DNA of 31,451 bases. Source: Acidimicrobiia bacterium. GTDB lineage: Bacteria > Actinomycetota > Acidimicrobiia > Acidimicrobiales > Iamiaceae. Positions 25,827 to 31,451 of the stretch are shown piece after piece. The position numbers and the translations under genes are program-made. Position 1 is the stretch's first letter, and each line of letters starts with the position of its first letter. The stretch is taken from contig JAFBAD010000050.1 of assembly GCA_019247975.1 (NCBI GenBank), positions 1 through 31,451 of the forward strand. The letters are read 5' to 3'. Under the pieces are notes generated by a model, which made no database searches, had not been told where the DNA came from, and saw only the letters and a program-made list of their open reading frames with translations.

Positions 25827-26738
25827 TCAGTCGACCAGGGCTGCGGCCCCCACGACCCCGGCGTTGTCGCCGAGGGCGGCGGGCACCACCTCCACCGCGT
25901 CGTGGGTCACGAGGAGCTTGTTGGCCGCCCCTTCGATCCGCTTCGCGAAGTCGGCTCCCAGCCGTTCCGCCACGCCACCGCCGAGGACGACGAAGGTGAT
26001 GTCGACGAACATGACCGCGTTCGAGATGGCGACCGCGGCGGCGGCCACCGCCTCCTCGATGAGCTCTTCGGCCACCGCGTCGTGCTGCGCGAGCGCCTTC
26101 TCGAACACCGAGGATTTCATCCGCTGTTCACCCGAGATCTCCACGAGCGCGGTCGACTCGCCGGCCAGGTGGCGACGGCGCGCCTCGCGCTCCATGCCCA
26201 CGCGGCCCGCGTACGCCTCCACGTGGCCCTCGATCCCGCAGCCGCAGCGCCGTCCGCCCGGCTGGTACATCGTGTGGCCGATCTCGCCGCCGAGGCCGCG
26301 TGGCCCGCGGCGGACCTTGCCGTTCAGGATGACCCCACCGCCGACGCCGGTGCCCATGAACACCCCGAGGACGTCGTCGTGGCCGTCGGCCGCACCGTGG
26401 CGGTGCTCGGCCCACGTCGCCACGTTCACGTCGTTGTCGATGGTGATCCGCTTGCAGCCTGTCGCGTCACGGATGAGCTGTTGGAGGGGAACCGGGTCCT
26501 GCCAGCCGGCCAGGTTGGGCGCACCGACCACGACACCGTCGTCGTCGACCTGACCCGGCGTGCCGACGCCGATCGCGTGCGGCGACTTGTCGATGCGCGC
26601 GACGAGCTCGGCGATGGTGGACGCGACGTCGGCCGGACCCGTCGTCGGCGTGTCCGCCTTCTGCGTGTCGTGGACCTTCTTGCCCTCGACCCGCGCGACG
26701 AGGATCTTGGTTCCGCCGAGATCGACGCCGATCGCCAT
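25827..26738 (-). CDS. ROK-family sugar kinase (glucokinase-like)
   Basis: GVDLGGT, IDNDVN, GTGVGGG, GEIGH and CGCG..GHVEA. Confidence 0.88.
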   Translation of the reverse strand: MAIGVDLGGTKILVARVEGKKVHDTQKADTPTTGPADVASTIAELVARIDKSPHAIGVGTPGQVDDDGVVVGAPNLAGWQDPVPLQQLIRDATGCKRITIDNDVNVATWAEHRHGAADGHDDVLGVFMGTGVGGGVILNGKVRRGPRGLGGEIGHTMYQPGGRRCGCGIEGHVEAYAGRVGMEREARRRHLAGESTALVEISGEQRMKSSVFEKALAQHDAVAEELIEEAVAAAAVAISNAVMFVDITFVVLGGGVAERLGADFAKRIEGAANKLLVTHDAVEVVPAALGDNAGVVGAAALVD

Positions 26739-26743
26739 GCGGG

Positions 26744-27019
26744 TCAGGCGCCCTCGTCGGGGATGCCGAGGTCCCAGTCGAGGAGGAGGTTCTCCCGCTC
26801 GGCGTCGCGCACCACCCGCTCCCGGTTGCGCCGGAACTGGGGGTCGTGCGGGGGGACGAGGACCAGCCGGGCCATGACCCGGTCCCGGAAGGCGTCGATC
26901 ACCTTCGGGTCGCCGAAGTCCGAGTGCACCTCCCAGTGCGGTGCGACCGGTCCGAGGTAGACCACGCGGGCGTGGCCGACCGGCGGCTGCGGCGGTCCGT
27001 CCTGGTCGATCTGCGACAT
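26744..27019 (-). CDS. Small hypothetical protein (91 aa)
   Basis: AGGAG RBS, compact ORF with non-shadow composition, 5 bp from the ROK start. Confidence 0.7.
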   Translation of the reverse strand: MSQIDQDGPPQPPVGHARVVYLGPVAPHWEVHSDFGDPKVIDAFRDRVMARLVLVPPHDPQFRRNRERVVRDAERENLLLDWDLGIPDEGA

Positions 27020-27051
27020 CGTTGCTCCTGGTCGGGGTGGGGCGGGACAGC

Positions 27052-28350
27052 CTACCGCCGGCCGAGGGTGACCTCGATGGTGTGGGTCACGCCCCGCCGC
27101 TCGAAGGTCACCGAGATGCGCTCGCCGGCCACGTGCTTGCGGATCACCTTGGCCACGTCGTCGCTGTTGCGGATGTCGACCCCGTCGGCCTCGATGATCA
27201 CATCGCCCCGCTGGAGCCCGGCCTGCTCGGCCGCGGAGTCGGGGGTGACCTCGAGCACGAACGCTCCCGAGTCGCGGTCGACCTCGTAGGTGGCGAGCAG
27301 GGACGGGAGCACCCGGGGGTCGTCGACCGCCAGTGACTCGACCCCCAGGAAGCCGGTCTTCGCGTTGATCTCGCCGTGGCCGGCCCGCAGCTTGGCGATG
27401 AGCGGCCGCACCGCGTCGATCGAGAGCGCGAAGCCGATGTTCTGCGCGCCCGGGATGTTGGCGGTGTTGATGCCGACCACCTCGCCCTGCGCGTTGAGGA
27501 GCGGGCCGCCCGAGTTGCCGGGGTTGATCGCGGCGTCGGTCTGGATCAGGTGCTCACGCAGCCCTTCCTCGGTCTCGATGCTGCGGTCCTTGGCCGACAC
27601 GATGCCGAGCGTCACGCTCGGCTCGACCCCGAGGCCGAGGGCGTTGCCGATCGCGACGACGCTGTCGCCGACGTCGAGCGCGTCCGAGGAGCCGAGCTTC
27701 GCCGGGACGAGATCGTCGCGGTTCTTCACGCGGATCATCGCGACGTCGTCCTCGGGGAACGAACCGACCAGCTCAGCGTCGGCCGTCGTCCCGTCGACGA
27801 ACACGACGTCGAGCTTGCTGGCCCCCGAGATCACGTGATCGTTCGTCACGATGAGCCCGTTCGCGCTGATGACGAAGCCCGAGCCCGCGGCCGAGGCGCT
27901 CTCGATCGCCACCACCGACGGCTCCGATGCGTCGAGCAGCCGGCGGATGTCGAGCTGGTCGCGAGTGGTGGGCGGCGCGGTGGCCCGATCGGAGCCGTTG
28001 TCGTTCAGCGCGACGACCACGCCGGCGAGGAGCGCAGCTACCACCGCTCCCACCAGCGCGCCGATGAGCGCAGCACCCAGCCGGCCGTCGGGCTCACGGG
28101 GTGGGATGTAGGGCGGCAGCGGCGGCTCGTCGGGGTAGCCGTGGCCGCCGAAGGGTCCGCCGGTGATCGTCCCGGGCGGCCGGGGAGGGGTACCCGGTGG
28201 CGGGGCGCCGAAGGGCGGCGGCGCCGGTGCGGAGGGGGCGGGCGACGCAGCGTGAGGACCATCCTGACCGGGTCCACGGGGCGCCCACGGGCTCGGACCA
28301 GCAGGTCCGCTCGGTGCCGCGGCCCCGAAAGGACGCTCGGGATCGCTCAC
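27052..28350 (-). CDS. htrA: HtrA/DegP-like membrane serine protease with one PDZ domain
   Basis: Pro-rich N-terminus, TM helix, catalytic TNDHV, DDVAMI and QTDAAINPGNSGGPL, C-terminal PDZ (AAEQAGLQRGDVI). GTG at 28350 is the likely start. Confidence 0.88.
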   Translation of the reverse strand: MSDPERPFGAAAPSGPAGPSPWAPRGPGQDGPHAASPAPSAPAPPPFGAPPPGTPPRPPGTITGGPFGGHGYPDEPPLPPYIPPREPDGRLGAALIGALVGAVVAALLAGVVVALNDNGSDRATAPPTTRDQLDIRRLLDASEPSVVAIESASAAGSGFVISANGLIVTNDHVISGASKLDVVFVDGTTADAELVGSFPEDDVAMIRVKNRDDLVPAKLGSSDALDVGDSVVAIGNALGLGVEPSVTLGIVSAKDRSIETEEGLREHLIQTDAAINPGNSGGPLLNAQGEVVGINTANIPGAQNIGFALSIDAVRPLIAKLRAGHGEINAKTGFLGVESLAVDDPRVLPSLLATYEVDRDSGAFVLEVTPDSAAEQAGLQRGDVIIEADGVDIRNSDDVAKVIRKHVAGERISVTFERRGVTHTIEVTLGRR

Positions 28351-28469
28351 GGAAGGCCCATCGTCGCAGATGGAGGGGCCCCCTGTGGCCGCGTCCCCCG
28401 TTCGACATGACTGGGGCCGACGCGCCCCCTTTACCTCAGCTTTGTGCTGGTTGTGGTCGAAGGAGTGAC

Positions 28470-28718
28470 GTGAACGAACGAGCCGACTGGATGCGCCACG
28501 GCAACTGCGCCCACGAGCCCCCGGCTCGCTTCTTCCCGAGCGACGGCGTCGGCGTGGAGATCGCACGCCGGATCTGCGCGACCTGCCCGGTGCAGGAGCC
28601 CTGCCTCGAGTACGCCCTGGCCCAGCGGATCGACCACGGCGTGTGGGGCGGCTGCTCGGAACGAGAGCGCCGCCGCATCCTGAAGCGTCGTCGCCAGGCG
28701 GCCGCCGCCAGCGCCTGA
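28470..28718 (+). CDS. whiB: WhiB-family Fe-S transcriptional regulator
   Basis: C...CxxC.....C and GVWGG followed by a basic tail; AAGGAG RBS before GTG 28470. Confidence 0.9.
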   Translation: MNERADWMRHGNCAHEPPARFFPSDGVGVEIARRICATCPVQEPCLEYALAQRIDHGVWGGCSERERRRILKRRRQAAAASA

Positions 28719-28725
28719 CCTCGGG

Positions 28726-28887
28726 TCAGGCGGTCTTCTTGGTGTCGCTCTCGTCGTCCTTCGTGCTGGCCTCGAACTCCTTCTTGGCCTCGCCGAGGGA
28801 CCTGGCCAGCTTCGGGAGCTTGGCGCCTCCGAAGATCACGAGCACGATGATGAGCACGATGATGAGCTCTGGTGCGCCGATTCCCAC
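28726..28887 (-). CDS. tatA: Twin-arginine translocase subunit TatA (53 aa, missed by the ORF track)
   Basis: MGIGAPELIIVLIIVLVIFGGAKLPKLARSLGEAKKEF. TAGGGT -10-like hexamer lies 6 nt before the GTG, suggesting a leaderless transcript. Confidence 0.92.
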   Translation of the reverse strand: MGIGAPELIIVLIIVLVIFGGAKLPKLARSLGEAKKEFEASTKDDESDTKKTA

Positions 28888-28945
28888 GGGGTCACCCTAA
28901 CCCTCCTGGTCGCGACGCACACCGCGGGGTGCCAGCCTCTGCCTG

Positions 28946-29731
28946 GTGCTGGAGTGCGTGGTCAACGTGAGCGAGGGCCGCAGCGCGGCGATCCTCGACG
29001 AGGTCCGGCGCGTCGCAGGGCCCGACCTGCTCGACCTGCACACCGACGCGGACCACCACCGCAGCGTGCTGACCCTCGTCGGCACCGACGCTCCCCGGCG
29101 GGTGGCCGGCGCGGTGGTCGAGCGACTCGACCTGCGCGACCACCTCGGTGCCCACCCGCGCATCGGCGTGGTGGACGTCGTGCCGTTCATCCCCTACGGC
29201 GACGGCACGACGATGGCCGACGCGATCGTGGCGCGCGATCGGTTCGCCAGGTGGGCCGGATCGGAGCTCGGGGTGCCGTGCTTCCTCTACGGCCCCGAGC
29301 GCACGCTGCCCGACGTGCGCCGCGGCGCGTTCGGCGCGCTGCGCCCTGACACCGGCCCGGACCGTCCGCACCCGACCGCCGGTGCGATCGCGGTCGGCGC
29401 GCGCGACGTGCTCGTCGCCTACAACCTCTGGCTGGTCGAGCCGGACCTCCCGCGTGCGCGGCGCATCGCAGCCGAGGTGCGCGGTCCGGCGGTGCGCACG
29501 CTCGGGTTGGCCGTGGGCGACCAGGTGCAGGTGTCCTGCAACCTGATCGCCCCTGACCAGGTGGGCCCGGCCGAGGTGTACGACCGGGTGGCCGCACACG
29601 CGGCGATTGCGCGCGCCGAGCTCGTCGGGCTCGCACCGCGGGCGGTGCTCGACGTGATCGAGCCCGACCGCTGGCCGGAGCTCGACCTCGCGCCGGAGCG
29701 GACGATCGAAGCGCGCCTCGCCGCTCGCTGA
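28946..29731 (+). CDS. Glutamate formiminotransferase (FTCD N-terminal domain only)
   Basis: LECVVNVSEGR, DADHHRSVLTLVG, DLRDHLGAHPRIGVVDVVPF and QVSCNL. Confidence 0.85.
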   Translation: MLECVVNVSEGRSAAILDEVRRVAGPDLLDLHTDADHHRSVLTLVGTDAPRRVAGAVVERLDLRDHLGAHPRIGVVDVVPFIPYGDGTTMADAIVARDRFARWAGSELGVPCFLYGPERTLPDVRRGAFGALRPDTGPDRPHPTAGAIAVGARDVLVAYNLWLVEPDLPRARRIAAEVRGPAVRTLGLAVGDQVQVSCNLIAPDQVGPAEVYDRVAAHAAIARAELVGLAPRAVLDVIEPDRWPELDLAPERTIEARLAAR

Positions 29732-29732
29732 T

Positions 29733-29996
29733 CTACGCGCCGGCGCGGCGGGCGAGCGCACGCTGGCGCCGGATGCGGCGCCGCTCCCGCTCGCTCATGC
29801 CGCCCCAGATCCCGAACTTCTCGCTGTTGGTGAGCGCGTACTCCAAGCAGTCCTCTCGGACGACGCAGCCTCGGCAGACCTCCTTGGCCTCCCTGGTCGA
29901 GGCGCCCCGCTCCGGGAAGAACAGGTCAGGGTCGACGCCCAGGCAGTTCGCGAGCTCTTGCCACCCATCGGTGGTGCTCTCGTTGACGCTGTGCAT
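29733..29996 (-). CDS. whiB: WhiB-family regulator, WhiB2/WhmD-like
   Basis: WQELANCLGVDPDLFFPERGASTREAKEVCRGCVVREDCLEYAL...FGIWGGMSERERR. ATG at 29996 follows GGAAGGAAG. Confidence 0.92.
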   Translation of the reverse strand: MHSVNESTTDGWQELANCLGVDPDLFFPERGASTREAKEVCRGCVVREDCLEYALTNSEKFGIWGGMSERERRRIRRQRALARRAGA

Positions 29997-30167
29997 GAGA
30001 CTTCCTTCCCAACTCCGCCCTGCGGACGCTGAACCGACGTGCCCGAAAGCTCCCGACCGGGGGCCTACGATGCGATACGGCGGTGCCGCATACCACACGT
30101 GGAATTACAACGGTGTGATCTTGGCTCCTGCCGCTGGGGAACGCAAGAGGAACTTGGAGGACCGTTG

Positions 30168-31172
30168 GTGGCCGCCGTCTCGGAACCTGCTCTGCTGCCA
30201 GCCGCGCCCGGGTTCTGGGAGCCGGCACCGGGGTGCGACGACCACTACGCGGCGTTCCCGAAGGAGGCGCGCGTCGTCGTCAGCGACGGCACGCCGATCG
30301 TCTACGCGCGGCGGGAGCCGCGGCGCTCGGTCGCACCCGGCGCGGCGATGATCTTCGCGAGCAGCCTCTCGTGCAGCGACGTCTACTGGGCCGACGTCGT
30401 CCCCCGCCTGGTGGACGCGGGGCACGTGTGCATCGTCCCCGACACGCGCGGCCACGGCGGCTCGGGACTGCCCCGCCCACCCGGGCGCGGCGCGCGCAAC
30501 CTCACGTCCGAGGACCTGTCGGTGAAGCGGATGGCGCTCGACCTCGGGGAGGTGCTCGACGACGCCGGCATCGACGACGCGATCGTGGTCGGGCACTCGA
30601 TGGGCGCACAGGTCGCGTTCGAGCTCTACCGCCTCTGCCCCGAGCGCGTGAGCGGGCTCGTGCTCGTGGCCGGCGCGTGCGACAGCCCGCTCGACGCGGT
30701 GTACGGCCGCAGGGTCGTGAACGCGACGCTGCCCGTGAGCAAGGCGGTGATGACCCTGGCGCCGGAGATCGTGCAGCCGATCTGGCCGTGGCTCGGGAGC
30801 AAGCGGGCCGGCTACCTCGGCGCCCGCCTGTTCGGCGCGGCCGGGCCGAAGACCACCGCCGACGGGCTGCACCCGTACCTCCTCCACCTCGTGGAGTCCG
30901 ACCCGGCCGTGCTCGTGCGCGCGCTCGAGTCGATGCGCCGGCACTCCGCACGCGACCTGCTCCCCCGCGTGCAGGTGCCGGTCCTCCTGCTGGCCGCCGG
31001 CAAGGACGCGTTCACGCCACGCGCCTGCTCCGAGGAGCTGTTCGAGCGCATCCCGACCGCGGAGATCACCTGGTTCCCCGAGGCCGGCCACACGTTGCCG
31101 ATCGAGGAGCCGGCGGCGATCGTCGACGCCATCGAGGAGTGGAGTCAGCGGCGCGTAGCGTCGCCCGTGTGA
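30168..31172 (+). CDS. Alpha/beta-fold hydrolase
   Basis: DTRGHGGS, nucleophile elbow GHSMG, acid GKDAFTP and His [16 protein letters not shown] at 30156. Confidence 0.85.
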   Translation: MAAVSEPALLPAAPGFWEPAPGCDDHYAAFPKEARVVVSDGTPIVYARREPRRSVAPGAAMIFASSLSCSDVYWADVVPRLVDAGHVCIVPDTRGHGGSGLPRPPGRGARNLTSEDLSVKRMALDLGEVLDDAGIDDAIVVGHSMGAQVAFELYRLCPERVSGLVLVAGACDSPLDAVYGRRVVNATLPVSKAVMTLAPEIVQPIWPWLGSKRAGYLGARLFGAAGPKTTADGLHPYLLHLVESDPAVLVRALESMRRHSARDLLPRVQVPVLLLAAGKDAFTPRACSEELFERIPTAEITWFPEAGHTLPIEEPAAIVDAIEEWSQRRVASPV

Positions 31173-31451
31173 TCGAAGCCGTCCGCGCCGACATCACCAC
31201 GCTCGAGGTCGACGCGATCGTCAACGCCGCCAACTCGTCGCTGCTCGGCGGCGGCGGCGTCGACGGCGCCGTCCACCGCGCGGGCGGCCCGGCGATCCTC
31301 GAGGAGTGCCGCCGCCTCGGCGGCTGCGAGACCGGCGACGCGAAGGCGACGGGCGGGTACCGCCTGCCGGCGCGCTTCGTCATCCACACCGTCGGCCCCG
31401 TCTGGCGGGGTGGGGAGGGCGGAGAGCCCGAGCTGCTCGCGTCCTGCCATC
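31169..31451 (+). CDS. ymdB: Macro-domain O-acetyl-ADP-ribose deacetylase, YmdB-like (runs off the window end)
   Basis: [34 protein letters not shown]...[13 protein letters not shown] overlap with the hydrolase stop; not in the ORF track. Confidence 0.92.
   Translation, partial: MIEAVRADITTLEVDAIVNAANSSLLGGGGVDGAVHRAGGPAILEECRRLGGCETGDAKATGGYRLPARFVIHTVGPVWRGGEGGEPELLASCH

Noticed and set aside
25827-26738. Calling the ROK kinase polyphosphate glucokinase (ppgK)
   Set aside because: It has the CxCG Zn motif of general ROK kinases. Adjacency to ppk1 alone is insufficient.
28714-28730. CCTGACC-TCG-GGTCAGG hairpin containing both the whiB and tatA stop codons
   Set aside because: A 7-bp stem that partly results from two facing TGA codons. 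At most a weak terminator.
1-31451. CRISPR arrays, tRNA/rRNA genes, transposases, integrases, prophage genes
   Set aside because: No regular repeat-spacer arrays, RNA gene signatures, recombinase motifs or obvious compositional break were seen by eye. The island looks native rather than recently acquired.

Overview
High-GC actinobacterial window (Acidimicrobiia-like by gene style; this is inference). About 26 kb of it is a phosphorus-starvation island. It holds (1) a tightly coupled minus-strand operon pstS-pstC-pstA-pstB-phoU-phoU-surE-senX3(phoR)-regX3(phoP)-MFS; (2) a second, unusual Pst module (pstC-pstA-pstB-pstS) divergent from an Ig-like/degenerate-PstS protein, a sortase homolog lacking catalytic His and Cys, and a Cys-rich PstS-fold lipoprotein; (3) a PhoX-type phosphatase, a PhnY*/PhnZ-type oxidative phosphonate pair, a DUF1624/DUF418-like membrane protein, and a PPK1 fused to a Nudix domain. 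GTTCACC-like heptamers in 11-nt phase (Streptomyces-type PHO boxes) occur in most intergenic regions of the island. The right end is housekeeping: ROK kinase, HtrA, two WhiB, TatA, formiminotransferase, alpha/beta hydrolase and a macro-domain protein. The best candidate for an undescribed system is module (2): two PstS-fold proteins share a C-terminal VFGP-x7-RRRR membrane tail and are encoded beside a non-canonical sortase. All family calls come from motif recognition by eye; no searches were run.
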